Notes: generated by a model not told the origin, from the sequence alone. A stretch of 64,000 nt of DNA from Patescibacteria group bacterium (GCA_038064195.1 JBBTTO010000003.1:114428-178427); one strand, 5' to 3'. Positions 45,122 through 54,135 are shown, numbered from the stretch's first letter. Translations and numbers: made by a program.

Positions 45122-45270
45122 GCAGAAAGCTGTTTGTAACCCCCGCTTAGCGGGGTGACCCATGTTTGATAGTTAGCTTTAGCAACGGAAGACAGGCCTT
45201 CGCTAAAGCTACAGCCTGCAATGCAGGCTAATCCTACACGGATCATTACAAGCAGCTTTCTGCTTTTTTT
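45122..45270 (+). ncRNA. candidate structured RNA closed by an 18-bp stem and followed by a T run
   Basis: GCAGAAAGCTGTTTGTAA ... TTACAAGCAGCTTTCTGC (17/18 bp) encloses three local hairpins (CCCCGC-TTA-GCGGGG; TAGCTTTAGC...GCTAAAGCTA; AGCCTGCA/TGCAGGCT), followed by TTTTTTT. Confidence 0.35.
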
Positions 45271-45279
45271 GTGGGTTTT

Positions 45280-45726
45280 TTAGGAAGCTTCACCTTCAGG
45301 AGTCGGTGGAGTAGGTTCGCGATTGAGCGCTTGAGTAGCTGGATTGAGGTTAACTGCAGCATCCGGTCGGCCTGCGTGTTCGGCATGGGCACGTGCCATA
45401 GCGTCAACAACTACCTGAGACGCATCAGGTGTAGGAGGAGTCGGAGGTATCTTTTCAAGAGTTTTTGTTTCAGGATTGATCCGCCAGCCACCCTGAGCGA
45501 GTCGTCCTTCAATATTACTTACTCGAGAAGTAGTATCGAGGGAACGATCACCTAGGCTAGATATAGCTTGGGTCTGGAGAAGTTGTTTTCGCTCGCTTAC
45601 GAGCGTTTGAGCCTCTTCACGACTTAATAGAGGGGAGGAAGAGGGGGATTCTGGTTGAGGATTTTGTTCTGATTTGCCACCGAAGAGACGCTTGAAGAAC
45701 CCGCCTTCACCACCACTTTCACTCAT
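45280..45726 (-). CDS. hypothetical low-complexity protein with N-terminal GFFKRLFGG amphipathic motif
   Basis: Pro/Thr/Glu-rich; the N-terminal motif resembles the MinD-type membrane-targeting helix. Confidence 0.4.
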   Translation of the reverse strand: MSESGGEGGFFKRLFGGKSEQNPQPESPSSSPLLSREEAQTLVSERKQLLQTQAISSLGDRSLDTTSRVSNIEGRLAQGGWRINPETKTLEKIPPTPPTPDASQVVVDAMARAHAEHAGRPDAAVNLNPATQALNREPTPPTPEGEAS

Positions 45727-45822
45727 ATGTCAATCATAAAAAGAAAAGCCTGGATTGTCAAACAACAAGATCAGAATGAGAATGGCGGAGCCTGTAGCTT
45801 GACTTTTTTTACGATTTCGGGA

Positions 45823-46914
45823 ATGATAGGGGGTATGAATGATAATATGAACACACAAGCAAGCCCCATTCCTTCGATATTGAGCTCACTTCCTGATGCG
45901 CGTATCGCGTATCAAAGCGCTCAAGACGAAATAGCCAAAGCACAAGGTCTGCCTGAGCGGGATGTCAGGCGAGTGCAGGAAAAAGCTTTTCGCCAGATTA
46001 TCGCCACAAATAGTCCTGAGGTCTGTGATGCTATTGCCAGTGAGGATCAGACGTTCAGACGTCTTTGGTACAAAATACAAGTTGAGGAATTGAGAAAAGA
46101 CACGACGTTGAGCAAATATGCTCTTCTGCAAAAGCAACTTGAGATTTATCAAACTCTCCAAAATAAAGCCCTTGCCGCTCAATCAATTGATGCTTCCTGG
46201 TTGCCGCGAAGTATTCGCGAAGAACGACGACGGTCCTATCTTCATTTTATCAAGGACATGAGTAAAGCAGGTAAGTATGATCAGCTCGTCAGCCTTGCCG
46301 GCAAGAATGATCTTTATTTGCAAAAATTACTTGATGAGCTTGAAGGGCGAAAGGTTCGCTCAGACAAGTTACGCGTAGTTCCAGCTCCTCAGTCTGAAGT
46401 TGAGGAAGCAGCTCCACAATCCGAAGCGCTTCATGAGTCGCCTGTCTCAGTTAATGAAGGAGTGCAAGAAGTAACGTCTGTCGAAAAACCTTCACAGCCT
46501 TATCGTTCCGCCACATACGGGCAAGAGAGGGAGGATTTATGGGAAAAACGTTTTGGTCAGCGTATCTCAGCGCCAAGACAGGAGAACTTGTCTGACGCAT
46601 CAGGTGGGAGGACCCAGCGATGGACGAGAAATCTGGGAGTGAGTGTCATGATAGAAGTTGCTCAGATAAAGCCGATGGTTGAGTCTGCCACTGATACAGT
46701 TCCAACTGAATCCGCAACCATGGTTCAGGTTCCGCAGACGTTAGAGCCCGTTACTCCTGATGTCCATGCAGAGCAAATGACCGGCCAAAATCAAGCGCCT
46801 GCCGAGTCGATGACAACCGTAGAAAATGAGCATGCTGACATTTCAGATGAGAAAAATGAGAGTGTCGATACTAAAAGTAGAGGCTTTTTCAGTAGACTTT
46901 TTGGCAGAGGTTAG
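45823..46914 (+). CDS. hypothetical protein with C-terminal GFFSRLFGRG amphipathic motif
   Basis: The start is ambiguous (ATGs at 45823/45835/45847); the C-terminal motif mirrors that of the divergent neighbour. Confidence 0.5.
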   Translation: MIGGMNDNMNTQASPIPSILSSLPDARIAYQSAQDEIAKAQGLPERDVRRVQEKAFRQIIATNSPEVCDAIASEDQTFRRLWYKIQVEELRKDTTLSKYALLQKQLEIYQTLQNKALAAQSIDASWLPRSIREERRRSYLHFIKDMSKAGKYDQLVSLAGKNDLYLQKLLDELEGRKVRSDKLRVVPAPQSEVEEAAPQSEALHESPVSVNEGVQEVTSVEKPSQPYRSATYGQEREDLWEKRFGQRISAPRQENLSDASGGRTQRWTRNLGVSVMIEVAQIKPMVESATDTVPTESATMVQVPQTLEPVTPDVHAEQMTGQNQAPAESMTTVENEHADISDEKNESVDTKSRGFFSRLFGRG

Positions 46915-46920
46915 ACTACT

Positions 46921-47241
46921 ATGCAAGACCCGATTAACGAGTTGATTACTTTTCTTCAGCAGAAGGGACTCACACAAGAGGAGATCGCAACAGAGTGTGA
47001 GAATTTGACGTGGCAGGCCTCAGACAAGTTCCATGAAGAACTTATGTCTATCCTTATCCCTGAAGACAAGCAGGCAATTGACGCGATTGGAGACGATCTG
47101 GAGGCAGAAGCTGAGATGAAAAGGCGCTATGTAGCTAGAACGGCTAAAGATCCTCAGGATGTGATGCGTGATATCCTCACGCAGCAAGCTAAGCAGGTTA
47201 TGCGTGAATACGACACATCGTCCTCAATGACCGCGCAATAA
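46921..47241 (+). CDS. acidic hypothetical protein
   Basis: 106 aa, no motif. Confidence 0.4.
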   Translation: MQDPINELITFLQQKGLTQEEIATECENLTWQASDKFHEELMSILIPEDKQAIDAIGDDLEAEAEMKRRYVARTAKDPQDVMRDILTQQAKQVMREYDTSSSMTAQ

Positions 47242-47946
47242 GGTATTAGTGCGTTCCCCTTTTAAAAACGACATATAGATATCAAATTTGAGCAGATTTA
47301 TTAATTCACTAAGCAGGTGGTGGTGGCGGGTGTTGATAATTCCGTTCACCGGTATCCCATGCTCCTTAAAGGCAGCCACGAGTCGCTCCTGCTGTGTAAA
47401 AGGAATACGTTCGTCACGCATAGCAAGGTAGACAAGAACTCTTTTAACCTTAATCTGACTGAGATTATTGACAGGTGAGATCGGAGCCCAGAGCTTCTTG
47501 AGGGATGAAAGTGAAAATTTCTTTTTACGCAGGCTTTTTTTTAGTTCAGGTACAGTTTTGCTCCATGTCCAGACTATCTCTGCCAGATCGGCTCCACTGA
47601 GATTGAGCACGATGCTTTCCAGGCGGGGAACTGCGTTGGCCACCATCAGCGCCACTCCTGTGCCTTGACTCAGAGCAAAAAGTGACAGATGCTGTTGCTG
47701 CCTCTTAGGAAGCTGGCTTATAATTTCCAAACATTTATTTTTCACTGACATAAAATGTTGTACGGTTAACCCGGGATCGGTGGTCAACAATGTTTTGTCC
47801 CAGGTGAGGATGATGGCCTTAAAGCCATAGGAGGTGAAGAGTTGGCCAAGGAGCCAGAGATGCCATTGACGGACACCCCAGCCGGCAAAGACTATGACGA
47901 CTTTGCTATTTTTTTGACCGTAGATTTTATATGAGGAGGTGAACAT
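47224..47946 (-). CDS. alpha/beta-hydrolase fold esterase/lipase-like protein
   Basis: VIVFAGWG oxyanion-type segment and a GxSxG-like nucleophile elbow (ALSQGTG). Confidence 0.65.
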   Translation of the reverse strand: MFTSSYKIYGQKNSKVVIVFAGWGVRQWHLWLLGQLFTSYGFKAIILTWDKTLLTTDPGLTVQHFMSVKNKCLEIISQLPKRQQQHLSLFALSQGTGVALMVANAVPRLESIVLNLSGADLAEIVWTWSKTVPELKKSLRKKKFSLSSLKKLWAPISPVNNLSQIKVKRVLVYLAMRDERIPFTQQERLVAAFKEHGIPVNGIINTRHHHLLSELINLLKFDIYMSFLKGERTNTLLRGH

Positions 47947-48006
47947 TTATGAATAATATACGAAAGATAGTGAATAGTAAATGGTTTGAAGAGGGATAGA
48001 ATTACT

Positions 48007-48055
48007 GGTCAGTGGTCAGTGGTCAGTGGTCAGTGGTCAGTGGTCAGTGGTCAGT
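48007..48055. repeat. heptanucleotide microsatellite (GGTCAGT)x7
   Basis: Seven perfect tandem copies plus a partial one, in the divergent intergenic region. Confidence 0.95.
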
Positions 48056-48099
48056 GGTTGAATTGGAATGCAAGCTACAGGTGAGTGTATAAATACGTT

Positions 48100-48309
48100 T
48101 CATGGGTAGTGACAAATCTGTCACTCATTTCAAGCCGCTTTTGGCTTGATGGAGATGATAGACGTGGCACATATGCCATGTCCGGTCAGAAAGAGGGGGC
48201 TTCGGCAAGAGCGAAACGCAATCCACCGCAAGCGTCCCCACGCTATCATAGCGGTAATTCCGTATCACTCTCACCGAAGCAAAGGGGAGGCGCCCGTCGG
48301 CGCCTTTTT
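48100..48309 (+). ncRNA. candidate small RNA: extended -10 promoter (TGTATAAAT, 48086-48094), GC-rich structured body, intrinsic terminator GGCGCC-CGTC-GGCGCC+T5 (48289-48309)
   Basis: No ribosome-binding site or plausible protein; all three forward frames are open only because of the high GC. Confidence 0.35.
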
Positions 48310-48782
48310 AGCCTTTGGTAAGGCGAGGTGTGTCACTGTGGGGAACACGCTCATGGGGAAGTTTTATTACCTCCTTTCTCGCGGGTTACTCCCGTTGACA
48401 TCCCTCATATCAGGGGGAGTTGTGACCCCCGCCTGGGCCACAACCCCCTGGAGGAGGTGTGTTCGGCAGGGTGCAACTACCGAACTGTCAGTATCGTCTC
48501 ATTGGGTGCGGAGATCGGTACTCACAGTCCGGTAGTTATTGATAAAATTACCGTTAAATCTAACAGGACTCAGCCTGTAGCTTGTCAAAGATCATTTTCT
48601 CCTAGATTAGGAGGACCACGTTTGACGTGGTCAAAGGACTAGATAGTTAGATAGCACGGTGATCCACGCAAATTGTGAATTATAGTGCTGTCACCTATTT
48701 ACCCTATCTTGATTGAATAGTCAAGAGAGAGCTTACTCATATTTTCATTGACAGGGAAAAGTTTTCCCAGCACAATAAGAGT

Positions 48783-49355
48783 ATGTTTATTATCCGTAAA
48801 ATCTACTATTTCTTACTTGACACCATTCAGACAATTCTGATTGTCGCATCAGTCCTCATGATTCTCTATGCCTTCGTCATCCAACCAAATGAGGTCAGTG
48901 GACTGTCCATGTACCCGACATTTAAGGATCATGATTATCTCCTGAGTTATCTTCTGGATGTCAAATTTGATAAATACAAAAAAGGCGATGTGGTGGTCTT
49001 TCATTCGCCTGTCGAACTTGACAAGTTATATATTAAGCGGGTCATTGCAACGCCCGGTGATACGATCATGGTGCAAAACGGCAAGGTTTTTCTCAATGGT
49101 TCACAACTTGATGAGAGTTTGTATCTGAGTCCGGATGTAGAGACGCATGGCGGAGCCTTCTTGCAAGAGGGTCTTCCCAAGACAATACCTACGGGGACAA
49201 TAGTTGTGATGGGAGATAACAGACCGAACAGTTCAGATAGTCGGGAGTGGGGATTTCTGGACAAATCACGCGTAGTCGGGCGCTCAGTGGTGCGCTTTTT
49301 CCCCTTTAATACTTTCCACCTTATCCACAATCCGTACACGGAGCACAAGCTTTGA
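48783..49355 (+). CDS. lepB: signal peptidase I
   Basis: SM..PT catalytic Ser region, GDNR...S.DSR motif. Confidence 0.85.
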   Translation: MFIIRKIYYFLLDTIQTILIVASVLMILYAFVIQPNEVSGLSMYPTFKDHDYLLSYLLDVKFDKYKKGDVVVFHSPVELDKLYIKRVIATPGDTIMVQNGKVFLNGSQLDESLYLSPDVETHGGAFLQEGLPKTIPTGTIVVMGDNRPNSSDSREWGFLDKSRVVGRSVVRFFPFNTFHLIHNPYTEHKL

Positions 49356-49430
49356 ATCTTTTGGTCGGCCTGCCCATACAAATCACCCTGGGGTGAGTAT
49401 GGGACAGGCCTTTCTTCCTCCTGACTGGAA

Positions 49431-49757
49431 TTAGTCTGCTGCATCGCTGAGCTCCTGAGGATTTCTCCCATAGGAAGCCTTGACAATTGCTTTAACTAAA
49501 CGTCCGAAGCGGTTATTGAGCGTGGTGTCGAGGTTAACGACTCCCCATCCATTTCGCCAACTCTTTTGTTCATAGGCAACATATGGTTGTGCTGCCTCCA
49601 AAACGTCCCGATCAGTGATGATCTGCTGCCAGTTGATCTGCCCAACTTTTCTCGAATTGGGGAGAGAGGCGATGCAGACCGCGATGACTATGTTGTTGAC
49701 TGTATACGGATCGTAAACAATCCGTATCATGACACCTTCATCATTTTCCATGAGCAT
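49431..49757 (-). CDS. hypothetical protein
   Basis: 108-aa ORF with no motif. Confidence 0.35.
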   Translation of the reverse strand: MLMENDEGVMIRIVYDPYTVNNIVIAVCIASLPNSRKVGQINWQQIITDRDVLEAAQPYVAYEQKSWRNGWGVVNLDTTLNNRFGRLVKAIVKASYGRNPQELSDAAD

Positions 49758-49912
49758 TCTCCGGGTTGAGTTCTCAATAGACGACGTTCGGTTCAGTTGA
49801 AAGGAACTTGGTTACTTAATAAAAAAGTGCCTGTCAGCCAAATCGACAGCTCTTCTTTACAAAGTAGATTGGATTGTAACTAAAGCACATTCGTAAAGCA
49901 ATACGCTTCAGT

Positions 49913-52138
49913 TTATGGAGTTAAGGTTATATCAAGGGGTAAAGTTGGAGTTGGAGTATCAGAAGGGATTGGGAAAGGTGTGGGGGTGACTGTAGGAGTT
50001 GGGGTTGCCGTTGGTTCATCGGTATTTTGAGTTTGGGGTACGCTGGTAGGAGTGGCAGTGGGATCTTCAGTAATAGTTGGAAGAGCGTCGGTACAGGATT
50101 TGGTCGGGATCGTGCCTGAGAGGAAATACTCAGTCATCGCACTACTCGTCGCGGCTTCTGCCCGGAGGCCATTTTCTTTACAGATAGTAACTCTCAGGAC
50201 ACTTGAGGGAGGATTAAAACGTTCAACCGGTGTTCCCGTCAGCATGTGCTCCATCATCTGCCGCCAGATAGGTGCTGCTCCGAGTGATCCGGCGATACTG
50301 TCCATAGGTGTGTTGTCATTATTCCCGACCCAGACTCCCACCACCAGACTTGGCGTATAACCGATCGTGAGTGCGTCTTTGTAGTCATTGGTCGTGCCCG
50401 TCTTGACAGCAGTCGGACGTGAGAGGGTAAGTGACGTGCCGAATACTTCGGTCCTGGCTTCATTATCAGATAAGATAGAGGAGATCACAAAACTCGTTTC
50501 AGGACTGAGTACCTGAATAGGGTCAGGTGTATATTCGTATATTTCTTTGCCTTTTTTGTCAGTGATTTGTAGTATTGTCGTCGGGGTAATATGCTTACCC
50601 GTATTTGCAAAGGCAGCATAAGCCTCAGTCATCTGGATAAGCGGTACCTCACCAGCGCCTAAAATCAGCGAGAGGCCGTAGTCGCCGGGGTTGGTAAGTG
50701 AGGTGATCCCCAGTTGTTTGGCGTAACTTAGGGTGTTAGCTATCCCGACTTTTTCCATGACATGGACGGCAGGGATATTTAAAGAGTTAGCCAAAGCGCG
50801 TCGAACAAGGACGTTGTCACGGAATTTACGATCATAGTCTAGAGGCTTGTATCCGTCAGGGAAAGTGACAGGCTTATCATCAAGCACTGTCGCAGCAGTT
50901 ATGATCTGATGCTCGATACCGTACGAATAGACGATCGGCTTAAATGATGATCCCGGCTGACGGGCGCGTACTGCCATATTGATTTTGCCGTTAGTCTCAT
51001 CGAACCAGTCATGACTGCCGACAAGGGAGAGGATCTCACCTGTTTTAGGATCCAGGGCCACAGCCGCGCCATTTGTGACTTTGTTAAATCTGAGATTAGT
51101 GACTTGCCGGCTTACCACTTTTTCAGCGTATTCCTGGTCAGACAAATCAAGAGTAGTCTTGACGATAAAGCCTGAGTTAGCCACTCGTTGTTCGCCGTAT
51201 TTTTTGATCAGCTCGTCTTTGACCATCAAGGCAAAATGCGGAGCCGTGACATTGAGATCCTGTTTTTGCGGATTAAAGAGTATGGTTTGACTCCCTGCCT
51301 GTTGTTCCTGAAGTTGTGTGATATATCCCTGCTTTTCCATAAGAGACAGCACAAGTTTTTGTCTGTTGAAGGCTTTTTGCTTGTCACCACTTAAGGGTGA
51401 GTAGGCAGATGGTGCAGGCAGGATTGCCGCAAATAACGCACTTTGGCTAAGCGTGAGATCTGAGGCATGTTCACCAAAATAAGTCCGGGCCGCGTCTTCA
51501 ACTCCGAAGGCTCCCTCACCGTAATAAACAGTATTGAGATACATCTCTAAAATATCTTCTTTGGAAAATCTGCGTTCGATCTCAATTGCCAAAAAAAGCT
51601 CCTGATACTTACGCAGGAAGTTTTTTTCCTGAGTCAGTAAGGTATTCTTCACCAACTGCTGTGTGATAGTTGATCCTCCCTGAGCGAGTTGTTCTTTTTG
51701 GACGTCACTGACCAAGGCGCGCCCGATCCCCTCGATTGAAAATCCTTGATGCTTATAAAAATCCTTATCCTCAGTTGCGACGACTGCAAGTTGTAGCGAT
51801 TTGGGGATTTGACTGAGGGGAACGGTATGTTTGGATTTGGCCTCATAAAGAGTGAAAAATGTCTTGCCGGTACGATCGGTCAAAATCACGCCAGCATTTT
51901 TATGACTGAGGATGTTTTCCTTACTCGAGAGATCACGGATGAAGTAGAGATAGGTAAGAAGAGGAGTCAGGATAAGGAGCGTAATTCCGGCAAGAATTAT
52001 TATCAATAAGGGTTTTTTAAAAGTAGTCCAGAGCTCTTTGATAACTGAGACGAGGATGGAGGGATTCTTGGGAACTTCTTTAAGTTCCTCTTTAATTTCC
52101 TCAAGCTGCTCTTTGACGTTTTCTAGATTTTGACTCAT
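49913..52138 (-). CDS. class A penicillin-binding protein (transglycosylase + transpeptidase) with Thr/Pro-rich C-terminal tail
   Basis: GT51 motifs (EDKDFYKHQG, RFSKEDILEMYLN), SxxK, SxN, KTG. Confidence 0.9.
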   Translation of the reverse strand: MSQNLENVKEQLEEIKEELKEVPKNPSILVSVIKELWTTFKKPLLIIILAGITLLILTPLLTYLYFIRDLSSKENILSHKNAGVILTDRTGKTFFTLYEAKSKHTVPLSQIPKSLQLAVVATEDKDFYKHQGFSIEGIGRALVSDVQKEQLAQGGSTITQQLVKNTLLTQEKNFLRKYQELFLAIEIERRFSKEDILEMYLNTVYYGEGAFGVEDAARTYFGEHASDLTLSQSALFAAILPAPSAYSPLSGDKQKAFNRQKLVLSLMEKQGYITQLQEQQAGSQTILFNPQKQDLNVTAPHFALMVKDELIKKYGEQRVANSGFIVKTTLDLSDQEYAEKVVSRQVTNLRFNKVTNGAAVALDPKTGEILSLVGSHDWFDETNGKINMAVRARQPGSSFKPIVYSYGIEHQIITAATVLDDKPVTFPDGYKPLDYDRKFRDNVLVRRALANSLNIPAVHVMEKVGIANTLSYAKQLGITSLTNPGDYGLSLILGAGEVPLIQMTEAYAAFANTGKHITPTTILQITDKKGKEIYEYTPDPIQVLSPETSFVISSILSDNEARTEVFGTSLTLSRPTAVKTGTTNDYKDALTIGYTPSLVVGVWVGNNDNTPMDSIAGSLGAAPIWRQMMEHMLTGTPVERFNPPSSVLRVTICKENGLRAEAATSSAMTEYFLSGTIPTKSCTDALPTITEDPTATPTSVPQTQNTDEPTATPTPTVTPTPFPIPSDTPTPTLPLDITLTP

Positions 52139-52492
52139 GGATAATTGTATTCAGTATAAAGTATCAGATAGTAAGTATAAAGCGGTTTTGTATTTTTCGC
52201 CCGAAGTGTTTGAAGGTTAGGCTGCTCGTCTCCGCGAGGTTTTTTATGCAAACCTTACCTCTATGTGCGTTTGGTGTTCATATCATACCAGGGATCAGCT
52301 TTAGTTTTATCATTGTCATTTAATAATCCTAATCCGCCCATTTCAATCCAGATTCTTGCGGCATGTGAGGCTGGAGTCACGTAGTAAGGTTCATTTTTGT
52401 AGGTAGCTATTGCTTGTTGGAGTTCCTGAGTAAGAGGGGAATCTGGATCAGGGGTAGATCCTTTCTTTATATATTTTTGTTATCATAGATCT

Positions 52493-52948
52493 ATGAGGAG
52501 ATTTTTTCTTTCTTTCATTACTTTTTTAGTACTTGGGATATTCATAGTTTCTCCTATTCGTGCTGAGGATATCCACACAACTGACAAGTTACTAACAGTT
52601 GATACCGGCAAGCAAATGCTCTATGCCTGGGAAGGGGGAAGAATAGTCTACCAGACACCTGTGGCTACCGGGCTCCCGAAGTCTCCGACTGTCAAAGGAA
52701 CATTTAAGATTTATGTTAAGTATGAGACTCAGGCACATATGCGTGGTGTATCGCCCTATATCGGTAAATACGACTTTAAAAATGTACCGTATGTCATGTA
52801 TTTCCATGAAGGCTACGGTGTTCATGGAGCGTACTGGCATAACAGTTTTGGTACCAGGAGAAGCAATGGCTGTGTCAATGTTCCGGTCTATGCAGCCAAG
52901 TGGCTCTTTGAATTTGCTCCGATAGGTACGACTGTTATGGTATTTTAG
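52493..52948 (+). CDS. L,D-transpeptidase (YkuD family)
   Basis: HG...SNGCVNV catalytic motif; signal peptide. Confidence 0.8.
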   Translation: MRRFFLSFITFLVLGIFIVSPIRAEDIHTTDKLLTVDTGKQMLYAWEGGRIVYQTPVATGLPKSPTVKGTFKIYVKYETQAHMRGVSPYIGKYDFKNVPYVMYFHEGYGVHGAYWHNSFGTRRSNGCVNVPVYAAKWLFEFAPIGTTVMVF

Positions 52949-52955
52949 GATCTTC

Positions 52956-53321
52956 TTATTTCTTCTTGAGGAGTTCGATGTCAAAAATGAGGGTAGCAAA
53001 GCCGGGGATATCTGGCTCGACTCCGTATTTGCCATATCCTAAGTGATGGGGGATAGTAAGACGACGCTTCCCGCCGACTTTCATCCCAGGTATTCCAATA
53101 TCCCAACCCTGGATGACATAACCCGCGCCAATAGCGACTTCAAAGGGCATATCGCGGTCATGTGAACTGTCAAATTTTTTGCCCGGTTTGCCTGATTCGC
53201 TTAGCCAACCCGTATAGTGCACTGTAATATGGTCACCGGATTTGACTTCGTCTCCGTTACCTACTTTGAGGTCTTCGATTTTTAGTTCCTGTGGGTCATC
53301 CATTCGACACAGTATAAACAA
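52956..53321 (-). CDS. FKBP-type peptidyl-prolyl isomerase
   Basis: VHYTGWL...GKKFDSS...GWDIGIPGMKVGGKRRL. Confidence 0.85.
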   Translation of the reverse strand: MFILCRMDDPQELKIEDLKVGNGDEVKSGDHITVHYTGWLSESGKPGKKFDSSHDRDMPFEVAIGAGYVIQGWDIGIPGMKVGGKRRLTIPHHLGYGKYGVEPDIPGFATLIFDIELLKKK

Positions 53322-53352
53322 TCATTTGGGTTTTGTGGGTAAGAAAATGCTC

Positions 53353-53381
53353 GCAATGCGCTAAGCGCTTGGCGCAGAGCG
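53353..53381. repeat. GCGC-family palindromic repeat overlapping the 3' end of the methyltransferase gene
   Basis: GCAATGCGCTAAGCGCTTGGCGCAGAGCG; supplies the last ~7 codons (LRSAPSA*). Confidence 0.6.
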
Positions 53382-54038
53382 TAATAGATACATGTGGGTT
53401 TGGAGGAAGTCGAGATCATCACCGGCGCGATTTTGTGTTTTTTCCAGTCTTGCCTTAGGTGCCTGTTCTTTACAAAGTTCTAAAACCCTCTCCAGATCGT
53501 AGAGAAAGAGTTCACGATCATGTTCCGCCGGAGTTTCACGAGTCAAAAAATTGAAAGCCACGCCGACTTTAGCCAGAGGCCACATTTTGGCGATAAATGC
53601 TTCCATCATCTGATAGTTATCAGTTGCAAGGACTGCCGCAAGTGCGCCGGAGCAGAAGACGTAGTCATAGGTTTCAGCCAAAGGCTGATCGGCCTCTGGC
53701 CGAAAAGGTCGAGGGTCGAAGGTCAAAAAATCGGAGGTGACAAATCGACCTTCCGGATATTTCATCTGTGCATATTCAACAGACATGTGGTAAATATCAA
53801 TGCCAAGATAATCTATAACTCCACGCTGTTTTAAATAGTCATAGAAATCACCTGTCCCGCAGCCGATGTCCAGCACTGAACTCCCTTTTAGCGGTTTGTT
53901 GGTGTACCGGGTGATATCAGTCAGGAGCTTGAAATTTCCATATTTATCGCGATCTCCCCAGCCGTCATCTAGGTTGTGACGGAGAAAATAACCATAGAAT
54001 TGGTCGTTGATCTCACGATCTTTGTCTGAATAGCGCAT
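53361..54038 (-). CDS. class I SAM-dependent methyltransferase
   Basis: VLDIGCGTGDF motif I. Confidence 0.75.
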   Translation of the reverse strand: MRYSDKDREINDQFYGYFLRHNLDDGWGDRDKYGNFKLLTDITRYTNKPLKGSSVLDIGCGTGDFYDYLKQRGVIDYLGIDIYHMSVEYAQMKYPEGRFVTSDFLTFDPRPFRPEADQPLAETYDYVFCSGALAAVLATDNYQMMEAFIAKMWPLAKVGVAFNFLTRETPAEHDRELFLYDLERVLELCKEQAPKARLEKTQNRAGDDLDFLQTHMYLLRSAPSA

Positions 54039-54135
54039 GAGAATTATTGTACAGGGGTGAAGTCATAATTGCCACACAATTACTATGAGTATAGTTTTTT
54101 GCAATAAAGGAAACTTTTTGTATATAATATAGGAC

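Noticed and set aside
44861-45139. ORF 44861-45139 (92 aa).
   Set aside because: It spans the terminator hairpin and direct-repeat copy 2. Its [10 protein letters not shown] segment is simply the translated repeat, and it overlaps the better-supported 44683-44976 gene.
45122-45270. Retron msr/msd.
   Set aside because: The a1/a2-like long stem is present, but there is no reverse-transcriptase gene in the window and the flanking genes are oriented away.
48007-48055. Possible CRISPR array, here or at other repeat loci.
   Set aside because: The tandem repeats are contiguous 7-mers without spacers. The GCGC and AGAATT families are dispersed, not arrayed. No cas genes are present.
48430-48540. 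Resemblance to 5S rRNA (CCGAACTGTCAG vs CCGAACUCAGAAG; 5' GCCTGGGCC).
   Set aside because: There is no complementary 3' end to close helix I and no loop C/E consensus. The similarity is limited to a short segment.
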